Part shown: positions 29,349-38,065 of the stretch, piece by piece | How the letters are laid out: the number at the start of each line of letters is the position of its first letter | Position numbering within the stretch: position 1 is the first letter of the stretch | From: a virus | Lineage: Duplodnaviria > Heunggongvirae > Uroviricota > Caudoviricetes | Strand: one strand, 5' to 3' | Virus record (IMG/VR): IMGVR_UViG_2917403263_000003 | Length of the DNA: 43,151 nt | The notes under the pieces: model-generated | What the model saw: the letters and a program-made list of their open reading frames with translations, nothing else | What the model was told of the DNA's origin: nothing | Databases searched by the model: none | Made by a program: the position numbers and the translations under genes

Positions 29349-30398
29349 TTACCCAAGCACGCCGGTTGCAAAGGCGTGATCAAGAAAACGGAAAATTAAA
29401 TCAATCTGGGAACCATGCTTTTCTTCAAATGCCAGCGGATCAGCATGAAGTTCGTTGTGATGCTCCCGGCACAGCGGTAGCGTGAAAATATCGTGGGCTT
29501 TTGTCCCTATTCCGCCCTGACCGTGGCCTATCAGGTGGTGGGGATCGTCGGCTGGCTTACCACAACACGCACACGGCTGCGCCTTAACCCAGCGCGTGTA
29601 CTTTTCATTAACCCAGCGGCGACGTTTTGGTCGCTTCATGAAAGATTCTGGAGACTCCGGATCAACAGCGATGCTTACCACCGTCTTTTCCTGTGGCAGG
29701 CTCTGTTGCTGGTGGACGTGAGGCGGTAACGCAATATTTTTTGTGCGCTGCTTCAGTATGCTGGTGGCTCTCTGCTCTCCCGGTACGATGTCGCTTTCGC
29801 GATATACGGAACGGATTTTTTCCACTGGTAATCTCAGCGAACGACGTATTACTGCCTCCGGTAATGCGTCCACCACCTGATTACAGACCGCCCACCAGGA
29901 TAATTCAGCCAGCGATAATTCTCGCTCCTGTGCTCCATTCATTGCGTGACGGATGACGTCAATCATCCATGCAGCCAGGTTTTGATGAGCAAGTTTCTCG
30001 AGTGATTCGGAGGTCTGGTCGCGCAGCTGGTTGTCGCAGTGCCAGCACAACACCATCGCGCCAGCACCGTAACGGTGAATGACGGTTTCACTGTGATGGT
30101 AGTCACCATGAGGCCACTGGCAGGATTTAACATGACGCAGGAGCCAGTCAGACAGTGCACCAGCACCGCCTGCAGCGCGAATCACCCGCTCATCGCTGAA
30201 AAATGGCAGTAATGATTTATCTTCCGCCAGCGGCTGGCGAACGGCAGGAACGACTCCGGACGGCAGACTGCGCATGCTTTTCGGTTCCGGCTCTACCAGC
30301 ACTCGAGGATTATGAAATACCTGCATGGATTCACGGCCCGGCTTAAGGAGCGCCAGCCCAAGTTCTGGCACCAGAACGGGTCTAAGTAATACCCGCAC
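29349..30398 (-). CDS. ydfU: DUF968 (YdfU-like) protein with C-terminal HNH-like Cys/His motif
   Basis: 349 aa; C-terminal CACCGKPADDPHHLIGHGQGG...CREHHNELH; same position (between Q/RusA and hok) as ydfU in Qin; start uncertain (GTG 30398 or ATG 30326). Confidence 0.65.
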   Translation of the reverse strand: MRVLLRPVLVPELGLALLKPGRESMQVFHNPRVLVEPEPKSMRSLPSGVVPAVRQPLAEDKSLLPFFSDERVIRAAGGAGALSDWLLRHVKSCQWPHGDYHHSETVIHRYGAGAMVLCWHCDNQLRDQTSESLEKLAHQNLAAWMIDVIRHAMNGAQERELSLAELSWWAVCNQVVDALPEAVIRRSLRLPVEKIRSVYRESDIVPGEQRATSILKQRTKNIALPPHVHQQQSLPQEKTVVSIAVDPESPESFMKRPKRRRWVNEKYTRWVKAQPCACCGKPADDPHHLIGHGQGGIGTKAHDIFTLPLCREHHNELHADPLAFEEKHGSQIDLIFRFLDHAFATGVLG

Positions 30399-30399
30399 G

Positions 30400-30678
30400 T
30401 TACCTCCAGATCCGTTGCTGGAATGTGCGGGACGGACGCGGCGGGCGTTCAGAGTAAGGCAGTCTGACTGAGATTATCCAGTGACGATAATCGAGGCTGA
30501 GATCTTTCTGAACCTCGTACCCACGTCTGCGGTAGTTCTGAATCAGCCATTCGGCCTGTTCTTCAGTGCAGGGGTCATGCTGGAACCAGTCAGATTTGAA
30601 TGCGTGAGAACGCCGCCCGAGCCTGCTGGCAAGGACGGCGAGATTATCAGAATTGTGTGGTCTGGAATTTTGCGCCAT
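30400..30678 (-). CDS. hypothetical protein
   Basis: 92 aa, ATG 30676-30678; function not recognised. Confidence 0.3.
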   Translation of the reverse strand: MAQNSRPHNSDNLAVLASRLGRRSHAFKSDWFQHDPCTEEQAEWLIQNYRRRGYEVQKDLSLDYRHWIISVRLPYSERPPRPSRTFQQRIWR

Positions 30679-30744
30679 CGGCTTTCTCCGGTGGCACAGT
30701 GTTACTCAACAGGGGTTCAGCCCTGCGCTGAATTGTAGTTGAAT

Positions 30745-31005
30745 TCACTCATCTTCAAAAGTAGAAAAACCAGCCTTAAGCACGGTTTCTTTCAGAGACT
30801 GCAATGATGTGACAAATTCATTTTCGCGCAAAATAAAACCGTCCGTCAGAAGCTCATCCACAAAATAAATTAACGCAGCCCCACTCTTCCTTGGTTGGGA
30901 TTGTAAACATTTAATACGGCAGTGACTGACAATAGTTCTATTCTCAACGCGCACAGCATAGAGGCCATTTTCACTAAAAAATTCACGTAATTCTTCGATT
31001 TTCAT
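30745..31005 (-). CDS. hypothetical protein in AT-rich segment
   Basis: 86 aa from ATG 31003-31005 with AGGA RBS; preceded by a 170-bp A-rich low-complexity tract. Confidence 0.3.
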   Translation of the reverse strand: MKIEELREFFSENGLYAVRVENRTIVSHCRIKCLQSQPRKSGAALIYFVDELLTDGFILRENEFVTSLQSLKETVLKAGFSTFEDE

Positions 31006-31247
31006 CTTCAGAATCCTTCCAGATAAATAGCACTCCCCTGTTCGGGGTCCATCCATCTTCTCCCTGCGCGCTACTCAAAACGGGGGAATTCTAATTAATC
31101 TTTATTTCGAAGCAATCGCAAAAAATAAAATAGAAAATAAAAACAAACACACTAAAAACAACAAATACAACCATATCGAAAATTAATTAACTATTCGGAC
31201 AGCAGAGCAATATAACTTCAGTTAAAATCATTAATCTCCCTTATTCA

Positions 31248-31275
31248 TGAAAAACAAAACCCGCCGAAGCGGGTT
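31248..31275 (-). terminator. intrinsic terminator downstream of hok
   Basis: aacccgc-cgaa-gcgggtt hairpin followed by T-rich run on minus strand. Confidence 0.45.
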
Positions 31276-31343
31276 AAGTGCGGGTGCGTTGAGGATGCCT
31301 GACACATCAGAGGTGGCGAGGGATTTCTCCCCCGCCGGGTCTC

Positions 31344-31499
31344 TTACTCCTCAGGTTCGTAAGCTGTGAAGACAGCGACCTCCGTCTGTCCGGTTCGGAT
31401 TCGTACCTCGCAGAGGTCTTTCCTCGTTACCAGTGCCGTCACAATGACGGTTAAACAGATGACGATCAGGGCGATTAGCATCGCCTTTTGCTGCTTCAT
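31344..31499 (-). CDS. hokD: Hok/Gef-family type I toxin
   Basis: 51 aa MKQQKAMLIALIVICLTVIVTALVTRKDLCEVRIRTGQTEVAVFTAYEPEE; single TM helix plus conserved CE(V/I)R motif; AAGGAG RBS; in-frame upstream extension in listed ORF. Confidence 0.8.
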   Translation of the reverse strand: MKQQKAMLIALIVICLTVIVTALVTRKDLCEVRIRTGQTEVAVFTAYEPEE

Positions 31500-31792
31500 A
31501 GCCTGCTTCTCCTTGCCTTTCGGCACGTAAGAGGCTAACCTACGTGTGCAAGTCATAGATATGGCCTCAGATTAATGTTAAGCGTCTTGCAGGACGCGTA
31601 ATGTTAACTGGGGCTTTTCTCTGTCTGCCTTACAGTGGCATGCCCGAGGCAGACAGCCTCAAGCACCCGCAGCAATTCTACTTAACTATCTTTCTCCCGC
31701 AAATCGTTTTTATCCCCAGCGGCAAATCGAATACACCACCAGCGCCACCGCCAGTGCAATTCCTACTGTTGTGAATGCTTTAGGCTAGGTCA

Positions 31793-32521
31793 TCAGTTCA
31801 CCTCCTGCGGTGGTTCCGGTAGCGGCATCCAGTGAGTTGAGCTCTCTACTTCGACGCCGTCTTCGTCCACAAAAGCCATCTTATTCCCGCCACGAGTGGG
31901 GCAAAAAACCTTATCCCAGGAACCGGGGAATACATTCCCGAGATCATCGCAAAGAATCACATCGCAGTATTCCGCTGGAACTGCATCACTACAGCTTATC
32001 CAACCATCCGGAGTTGCCGGGGAACTGGTTGACGAATTATTATTTTCCCGAAAGTTTCCGGCCTGAAACATAGCGGCGCGGTGACACCAGATAATCCAGC
32101 CAATCGCCATATCCCATGCCATGTATTCGCTACCGCCATTTTTTGCCCTGCGGCGATCTACAGAATCCCCGAAACGCTTCTCCATAAATAACTCATAGGC
32201 AGCCCGTTCATCCGGCACTACCGTCGCTGGCGGGGCTGCGTAAAGCGGTGTTATTTCTGACCGAAAATCACCCAGTTTATGCAGCTGCACCCACTGTTCG
32301 GCTTCTGCTTTGTCAGAATACATATCGGTGAACGTATTATATTCATTGTCAATTTGCGTGAAGGTTGCCTTCCACGCCACCGGGTCTGCTTCCAGTGATG
32401 TCAGTGCAATTTTGAATAACTCGCACTCTACCCGTGCCATCTCTGAATTGGGGTAACATTTCGCAACCGCTATTTTTAATTTGGCCTCTTCGATTAATTG
32501 TTCTTTTGTTAATTCAGTCAT
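31793..32521 (-). CDS. DUF551-domain phage protein
   Basis: 242 aa; C-terminal ...THWMPLPEPP characteristic of DUF551. Confidence 0.55.
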   Translation of the reverse strand: MTELTKEQLIEEAKLKIAVAKCYPNSEMARVECELFKIALTSLEADPVAWKATFTQIDNEYNTFTDMYSDKAEAEQWVQLHKLGDFRSEITPLYAAPPATVVPDERAAYELFMEKRFGDSVDRRRAKNGGSEYMAWDMAIGWIIWCHRAAMFQAGNFRENNNSSTSSPATPDGWISCSDAVPAEYCDVILCDDLGNVFPGSWDKVFCPTRGGNKMAFVDEDGVEVESSTHWMPLPEPPQEVN

Positions 32522-32618
32522 TTTTCATTACCGCCCTTTCGGGCGGCCTCCTGATGTTCTGAGGGTGCAGAAATCCCTCCGGTTAAGGATTAAATTTTAT
32601 TTACAGCACTAAATTTAA

Positions 32619-32975
32619 TTATTCAGTTCTGGATTTTGTCGCTCTGCGTATCCGCGCTTTCGCGTTACGCTCAATCTGAATTAGCTTTTCTATATTTTTC
32701 CGTCTTTCCTGTTCCTCCTGACGCAATAGCCTTACATCATCTGCCAGCCTGGTTTCTCTTTTCGCCACAGAGAGCATCCAGTCAAATGGCTCCACAACCG
32801 CACCACAGATTTTGCACCGGACCTGACGCTCTTTTTCATCAACCCGGACAGAGGCATGATGGCAATATGGTCTTTCCGATGGTTCATAAAGAAAATTAAC
32901 CTGATTACGCGGGTCATCCTCTTTTACCGGAAATAAAACAATATTACTTAACTCATCTTCTGGTTTTATTTCCAT
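32619..32975 (-). CDS. hypothetical protein with CxxC zinc-ribbon-like motif
   Basis: 118 aa from ATG 32973-32975 with AAAGGAG RBS; CKICG motif. Confidence 0.3.
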   Translation of the reverse strand: MEIKPEDELSNIVLFPVKEDDPRNQVNFLYEPSERPYCHHASVRVDEKERQVRCKICGAVVEPFDWMLSVAKRETRLADDVRLLRQEEQERRKNIEKLIQIERNAKARIRRATKSRTE

Positions 32976-33594
32976 GCTCTTCTCCTTTGATGTGAATGCC
33001 AGCGTCAAACATCATATGCAACTCTCCTTTGCGAAGCTGGGCGGCTAACTCATCACATATGTGCGTCAAAGAGCAAAGTTTGATTGATGGGTGTTCGCGC
33101 ATCATCTCTACCCCCTGCGCCCTTACTTCAGCCAAAAAAGCATCGGTGGCCGGAGTGGGCTTTTGTGGTGATATAGCAATACGAATTGTCTCAAGGTCCG
33201 GATCTGTTTCCGCTTTTGGCACCTTGATATACCCCAGTTGCACTCCTTTCATGATGAACCTGCGGCGGTCCTCACACATCACCTTCAGTCTCGCATTCTC
33301 CGCTGCCAGCGCCGCAAGATTAGTCTCCATCTCTGCAATGCGTTTGCTTTGGGCTTCCCGCTCATCCAGCAGTGCCTGCACTACTGCAGGGTTGAAAGCT
33401 GCGATATAACGAGCGTTGTTCTCTGCGTTTTTCTGTCCGTCAAAGCCGGTCCATTTGATAACGTCTTCACATCGTTTATCACCGGGCGTATGCACCGCAT
33501 ACGTACCAGTACCCGTCGAAATAAATGCGACCCATTCGCCCTGTGTTGCCTGTTTTGCTATCTCACGTAGTACCTGGTAGTTAATTTTGCTCAC
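32953..33594 (-). CDS. Ead/Ea22-like protein
   Basis: 213 aa; N-terminus MSKINYQVLREIAKQATQGEWVAF typical of Ea22-like proteins; GTG start. Confidence 0.55.
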   Translation of the reverse strand: MSKINYQVLREIAKQATQGEWVAFISTGTGTYAVHTPGDKRCEDVIKWTGFDGQKNAENNARYIAAFNPAVVQALLDEREAQSKRIAEMETNLAALAAENARLKVMCEDRRRFIMKGVQLGYIKVPKAETDPDLETIRIAISPQKPTPATDAFLAEVRAQGVEMMREHPSIKLCSLTHICDELAAQLRKGELHMMFDAGIHIKGEEHGNKTRR

Positions 33595-33847
33595 TGGTTG
33601 CCTCCGCTTCCCACGTTTTCAGACTTTCACCACAGAACGGGCAAAATGAAATTCGAATCGGCGATTTAGAAAACTCTCCTGACCGCAGCATGATCAAGTC
33701 TTGCGAGTAAATTAATTCATTGTTATAGATTTTGTATTTCAGCAGACCTTTTCGCGTCGTGTATTCAGCATCATGCTCAAGGGACCTTGCCAGTGCCGCA
33801 CACGGCTCTATCTGATTGCCATTAACCCGGCATTTTGATTCACTCAT
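33581..33847 (-). CDS. hypothetical protein
   Basis: 88 aa, ATG start; CPFCG motif. Confidence 0.25.
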   Translation of the reverse strand: MSESKCRVNGNQIEPCAALARSLEHDAEYTTRKGLLKYKIYNNELIYSQDLIMLRSGEFSKSPIRISFCPFCGESLKTWEAEATSEQN

Positions 33848-34050
33848 TGCTTGAATCCCTCCCGAAGCTGTTCTGCACAGTGCAGCAGCGCATCAGTCGC
33901 TTCTTTCACCGTAACGAGATCGCCATCGTCCAGTCCTGCAATTTTTGCGTGCCTGACAAACGCCGCGCAAAGGTCGTTAAACGCCCCCGCCCGCACATCC
34001 GCCAGGAAAGCGTTAGCAGCAGCCAATTCCTGGTAGTCAATCCTGCTCAC
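33844..34050 (-). CDS. hypothetical small protein
   Basis: About 68 aa from GTG 34048-34050 (GTGA coupling, AGGAGG RBS); longer listed ORF overlaps upstream gene. Confidence 0.2.
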   Translation of the reverse strand: MSRIDYQELAAANAFLADVRAGAFNDLCAAFVRHAKIAGLDDGDLVTVKEATDALLHCAEQLREGFKQ

Positions 34051-34469
34051 TGCGCCGCCTCCTGAAAATTCCTCTGATAAAACGCCAGCACGCGCTGCAT
34101 AACCTCGCTCTTCCGACACTCGCGACAGATTATGTTCATACGCCTGTCGTAGCGGCGTATTTCTCCGCCTGGTAATGACCAGATAAGGTCCGGATCAACC
34201 ACAACCGGTTTCTTCGCCTTTGTCCTCGAGAGTTTTTTGCGGGCGTTTTGCCAGTCCTTACGAGCCTGTTCTGAGGGAAATAACCCGTAGCCACAGTTGT
34301 ATACATCACCACTGGCGACCAGCTCTCTTGCGAGAACGCTCATTAAATATCTTGTCGCACCAGTCTTGGTTTCCAGTTGTCGTAACGTCTCGCGCCCACT
34401 CTGGCGCACGAGTTCAACAACCTGCCCCTTAATTTTTTCCCGCTCTTCTTGTGTAAATACTTTTGCCAC
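34047..34469 (-). CDS. hypothetical protein (early region)
   Basis: 140 aa, GTG start with AGGAGG RBS; basic; Cys pairs (CRECRK). Confidence 0.3.
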   Translation of the reverse strand: MAKVFTQEEREKIKGQVVELVRQSGRETLRQLETKTGATRYLMSVLARELVASGDVYNCGYGLFPSEQARKDWQNARKKLSRTKAKKPVVVDPDLIWSLPGGEIRRYDRRMNIICRECRKSEVMQRVLAFYQRNFQEAAQ

Positions 34470-34509
34470 AAGTCCTCCTAAAAATTACCTTATGACCTGA
34501 AATCAACAA

Positions 34510-35475
34510 TTACCCTCTGAACCCAGGTGGAATTTCGGTATCCGGTTCAGAAATATGATTCACACAACGCTGTATTGGCGAACACCCCAAGCGAATAACC
34601 AGCTCATCCCATTTTTCGCGAAGCTTTGACGGGCTCATGATGTTTTTTACCCAGAATGGATCTCGCTGAACCCGACCAAACATTTCGCAAATTTGTCTGT
34701 GGCTTCTGCCATCCAGCATCCGCATTGTGCGCACGTCATTGGCCCAGGCAGTCCAGTTAGGCTCTTTTGGCCGCATGATCTCGCCATCATCACTAGCTGC
34801 CTGTTCGTAGAGACCCACAATCCGCCCCCAGATCCACTGCGCACACGCCAGATCCTCCTGGCTACCCCACTGGCGTTTTTTCGCACTGAACACAACCGCG
34901 TCAGGGTGTCGTGTTAAAAAATCCTGTTCAGCCGCCTGCAGGTCCGGTTGCGAAGCTTCCGGACGAAAAGTGTTTTTATTCTCTGTAGTAATCTCTGTTG
35001 TATTCTCTGTAGGATCATCGGGCCATTTTGACCCGATGACATTGGGTCGTTTTGAACCAATGGAGCGTTTCATTTTGACCCCTTCCATCATGTCATTTTG
35101 ACCTGATGGAGCGGCGCATTCTGAACTGATGGATTCGCTCAATTTGCCACCATCTAAAAGCTCGCTCCCGTAGTTGATCGTGTAGAAATTGGTCATGTCG
35201 CGCTTTGATTTATTGAGCTTTTCACAACGCAAAAGCCCCAGCGTTTTCAGACTTGCAAACGCGCGCTTTAACGTTGACTCTGACCAGAACGGGAACTGTT
35301 CCAGCCATTGTTCCGTTGTGTTATAAATCCAGCGAACACCATCACATTCCATGCCAGAATTGGTATCTCTCAACCAGTAATGTAGCTGCTGCAATACAAT
35401 GGCTTCGTTTAGGCCAATTTTCATCGCCAGCTGCGTGTTTATAACCAGTGGGCGTTCAGCAAAAAGAAGGCTCAT
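34510..35475 (-). CDS. putative replication initiation / replisome organiser protein
   Basis: About 321 aa from ATG 35473-35475; position immediately downstream of cro-like/YdaT-like genes; N-terminal domain resembles phage replication initiators. Confidence 0.4.
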   Translation of the reverse strand: MSLLFAERPLVINTQLAMKIGLNEAIVLQQLHYWLRDTNSGMECDGVRWIYNTTEQWLEQFPFWSESTLKRAFASLKTLGLLRCEKLNKSKRDMTNFYTINYGSELLDGGKLSESISSECAAPSGQNDMMEGVKMKRSIGSKRPNVIGSKWPDDPTENTTEITTENKNTFRPEASQPDLQAAEQDFLTRHPDAVVFSAKKRQWGSQEDLACAQWIWGRIVGLYEQAASDDGEIMRPKEPNWTAWANDVRTMRMLDGRSHRQICEMFGRVQRDPFWVKNIMSPSKLREKWDELVIRLGCSPIQRCVNHISEPDTEIPPGFRG

Positions 35476-35977
35476 AATTCCATCCGGCTTTTTGTTGATA
35501 TTGCTGTCGATACGCAAGCTTGAAAGCAATGGCTTTTTCTATAAGCTCGTCAGTCTCACGTTCCACAACGGCTGGATCGGCAAAAAGCAGCCCTGACTCC
35601 ACCACATCGCCATATTCTTTGTTTAACCCGGCGATCATGTACGTAATGCTTTTTCCGTCAGTAATTTCACGATACAACCTGAAATCACTTATCCGGATAG
35701 CCTCCATAATTGCCGGAATCAGCGCCGTGAATTTTTCACGCTTATCCCTGGTATCGATAGCTTTCCAGCGTTCGAATATCTTCACCCGATTAACGCCTAG
35801 CGCCCGTTGATCAACCGCGCCATCATCAAACGTGACACGTTGAACATCGATGCTCGGGCGTTCTTTCAGAGCCCAGAAGGCTTCTGTGATTAGTATCGTC
35901 GCCTGCTCCTGTGTCATTCCTGGTCGGCATACCCAGGCATCCAGGGCTTCACAAACCTGTTCAGGGGTGATTTTCAT
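35456..35977 (-). CDS. YdaT-like protein
   Basis: 173 aa directly downstream of the Cro-like gene; segment KFTALIPAIMEAI resembles YdaT family as recalled. Confidence 0.4.
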   Translation of the reverse strand: MKITPEQVCEALDAWVCRPGMTQEQATILITEAFWALKERPSIDVQRVTFDDGAVDQRALGVNRVKIFERWKAIDTRDKREKFTALIPAIMEAIRISDFRLYREITDGKSITYMIAGLNKEYGDVVESGLLFADPAVVERETDELIEKAIAFKLAYRQQYQQKAGWNYEPSFC

Positions 35978-36191
35978 TGTTCAACCGCCCCGCCCGCTTT
36001 GCCTTACGATATTCGTCATAAACCTTGGGGTTGTACTGAAGTTCCCCGCCAGATGCCTCTTGCAGGCGCATCGCGCGACCTTCAGGTACTAGCTCCCCTT
36101 TCCAGCTATAAAGCGAAGCCAAACGAATACCAGCAGCTTGTGCAAGTTTTGTTTTTGAACCGAAATACAAAAGTGCGTCAGTTTTAAGCAT
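35961..36191 (-). CDS. dicC: Cro/DicC-like HTH regulator
   Basis: 76 aa, HTH (TKLAQAAGIRLASLYSW); divergent from dicA-like repressor across an operator-containing intergenic region. Confidence 0.65.
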   Translation of the reverse strand: MLKTDALLYFGSKTKLAQAAGIRLASLYSWKGELVPEGRAMRLQEASGGELQYNPKVYDEYRKAKRAGRLNNENHP

Positions 36192-36204
36192 TTAAAGCAC
36201 CTAC

Positions 36205-36224
36205 TTGTTAGCCATGGCTAACAA
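36205..36224. promoter_or_regulatory. perfect 20-bp palindromic operator in dicC-dicA intergenic region
   Basis: ttgttagccatggctaacaa is its own reverse complement; an imperfect copy (ttagcattagctaa) lies at about 36258-36271. Confidence 0.55.
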
Positions 36225-36273
36225 AATAGATGTTAACAAAAACATAGTCAATAAGATTTAGCATTAGCTAACT

Positions 36274-36681
36274 ATGGATACAAAAAATTTAACCATTGGC
36301 GAACGCATTAGGTATCGCCGAAAAAACCTCAAATACACCCAAAGGTCTCTTGCTAAAGCCCTGAAAATTTCTCATGTATCGGTTTCACAATGGGAACGGG
36401 ATGATAGCGAACCTACAGGGAAGAATCTTTTTGCCCTCAGCAATGTACTGCAGTGCTCGCCAACATGGATTCTATTTGGCGATGAAGACAAGCAGCCATC
36501 ACCACCTATTGAGGAGCCAGTTGCTTTATCCCCCAAAGAACACGAGCTCCTTGAGCTTTTTAATGCATTGCCTGAATCAGAACAGGATGCTCAGCTCACC
36601 GAGATGCGCGCCCGAGTAAAAAATTTCAACAAACTCTTTGAAGAATTATTAAAAGCCCGTCAACGAACAAACAAAAGATAA
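36274..36681 (+). CDS. dicA: DicA-like XRE/cI-family repressor
   Basis: 135 aa; N-terminal HTH (TQRSLAKALKISHVSVSQWER); divergent from cro-like gene; followed by ydfA-like, DicF and dicB-like genes as in Qin. Confidence 0.8.
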   Translation: MDTKNLTIGERIRYRRKNLKYTQRSLAKALKISHVSVSQWERDDSEPTGKNLFALSNVLQCSPTWILFGDEDKQPSPPIEEPVALSPKEHELLELFNALPESEQDAQLTEMRARVKNFNKLFEELLKARQRTNKR

Positions 36682-36706
36682 CACAATCAATGTGTTATCT
36701 TTTTTG
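36677..36706 (+). terminator. intrinsic terminator at end of dicA-like gene
   Basis: gataacaca-atcaa-tgtgttatc hairpin overlapping the stop codon, followed by T6. Confidence 0.45.
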
Positions 36707-36716
36707 TTGTCATAAA

Positions 36717-36770
36717 TGTTAGCCATAACAAACAAAAACACTTGACCTAATTGTTAGTCATGGCTAATCT
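36717..36770 (+). promoter_or_regulatory. promoter of ydfA-dicF-dicB-like operon with two operator-like half-palindromes
   Basis: tgttagccataacaa (36717-36731) and ttgttagtcatggctaatc (36751-36769) resemble the intergenic operator; TTGACC at 36742-36747 and TAATCT at 36765-36770 spaced 17 bp. Confidence 0.45.
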
Positions 36771-36846
36771 TGTTTGCATCAAGACACCGCACGGTGTTCT
36801 CAGCAAACAGTTCCGCTACCCTGGCGTTAAGGGGAAATGAGGTCAC

Positions 36847-37002
36847 ATGGATACTATCAATCTTGGCAACAACGAATCTCTGGCATACGGTGTGTTTCCC
36901 AACCAGGACGGTACGTTCACCGCTATGACGTATACCAAAAGCAAAACGTTTAAAACCGAAAATGGTGCCCGTCGCTGGCTGGAAAGAAACTCAGGCGAGT
37001 GA
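36847..37002 (+). CDS. ydfA: YdfA-like small protein
   Basis: 51 aa MDTINLGNNESLAYGVFPNQDGTFTAMTYTKSKTFKTENGARRWLERNSGE; first gene after dicA-like as in Qin. Confidence 0.5.
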   Translation: MDTINLGNNESLAYGVFPNQDGTFTAMTYTKSKTFKTENGARRWLERNSGE

Positions 37003-37003
37003 T

Positions 37004-37309
37004 ATGGATTTCGACACAATCATGAAAAAGGCTTACGAAGAATACTTCGAAGGCCTTGCCGAAGGCGAAGAAGCACTCAGCTTCAGTGAATTTAAACAGG
37101 CACTCAGAATAAGAATGTGCTCTCTCAATGATGCGGAGCACAAATATGAGAAGCGAAATCAAACCGCAGAAAATTTTGTTATGAAACCCGGTGAAACGCT
37201 TTTCAAAATTCCCTCTACGTGCCCCATTTGCGGTTTTACATCAGAAGAACTTGACGACTCCTGTAACAATAAGGCAACAACCAAGTATGTCGAAGATGAT
37301 ACCGAGTGA
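37004..37309 (+). CDS. hypothetical protein with CxxC motif (ydfB-like position)
   Basis: 101 aa from ATG 37004, 1 nt after ydfA-like stop; STCPICG motif. Confidence 0.3.
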   Translation: MDFDTIMKKAYEEYFEGLAEGEEALSFSEFKQALRIRMCSLNDAEHKYEKRNQTAENFVMKPGETLFKIPSTCPICGFTSEELDDSCNNKATTKYVEDDTE

Positions 37310-37561
37310 GCACGAAGAACGGTTATATCCACGAGCCCAAACTCCAGGACCAATAAATCTCACTTTGAGAGGGTGGTTAATCCACTCTCCCAAACCAATA
37401 AAAAAGATGCCGGAGGACAAAAAACCCAATGGTACAACGGGATATCTGTCGAAAAAAGACGTTCCATTAAAGACAAACAACGCAGCGCCAACAACTGCAA
37501 GCGATTTATACCAGTAATCAATTTTCATGTTCTTAAGCGGATTTATTGGTGGTTGCGACAT
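37241..37561 (-). CDS. putative membrane protein (possible superinfection-exclusion SieB-like)
   Basis: 106 aa with two or three hydrophobic segments, opposite in orientation to the early-left operon; identity is positional guess only. Confidence 0.3.
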   Translation of the reverse strand: MSQPPINPLKNMKIDYWYKSLAVVGAALFVFNGTSFFDRYPVVPLGFLSSGIFFIGLGEWINHPLKVRFIGPGVWARGYNRSSCSLGIIFDILGCCLIVTGVVKFF

Positions 37562-37838
37562 TGCTTAATGAATCCTTAAAACTGTGGTGATTTTAAGGAT
37601 ACCACCTCGCCTGACGTGGTTAAAAGCAGGCACACAACACGAAAGCGCACGGCGAAGTTCGTCTCACTGTACGGTGTCGTTAAATTTAATTCGACCGTGC
37701 GCTTCCGGTTGTGGCAACCCGCGAAATGGCGCGGCGGTAAGTATGGCGGGGTTATTCCTTCCCCGTTGAGGACGCCGGGTTGTCAGGTTGACCATACGCT
37801 TAAGTGACAACCCCGCTGCAACGCCCTCTGTTATCAAT

Positions 37839-37896
37839 TTTCTGGTGACGTTTGGCGGTATCAGTTTTACTCCGTGACTGCTCTGCCGCCATTTTT
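37839..37896 (+). ncRNA. dicF: DicF small RNA (ftsZ-targeting sRNA)
   Basis: tttctggtgacgtttggcggtatcagttttactccgtgactgctctgccgcc + T-run matches the DicF sequence as recalled; 3' GC stem plus U-tract; upstream of dicB-like gene. Confidence 0.7.
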
Positions 37897-38065
37897 AAAG
37901 TGAATTTTGTGATGCGGTGAATGCGGCTAAGCGCACGCGGAACAGTTAAAACCAAAAACAGTGTTATGGGTGGATTCTCTGTATCCGGCGTTAATTGTTA
38001 ACTGGTTAACGTCACCTGGAGGCACCAGGCACCGCATCACAAAATTCATTGTTGAGGACGCGATA

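Noticed and set aside
37584-37807. Two overlapping 61-63-aa plus-strand ORFs upstream of DicF
   Set aside because: They overlap each other and the DicF precursor region; more likely untranslated leader processed to release DicF, although a ydfC-like small gene cannot be excluded.
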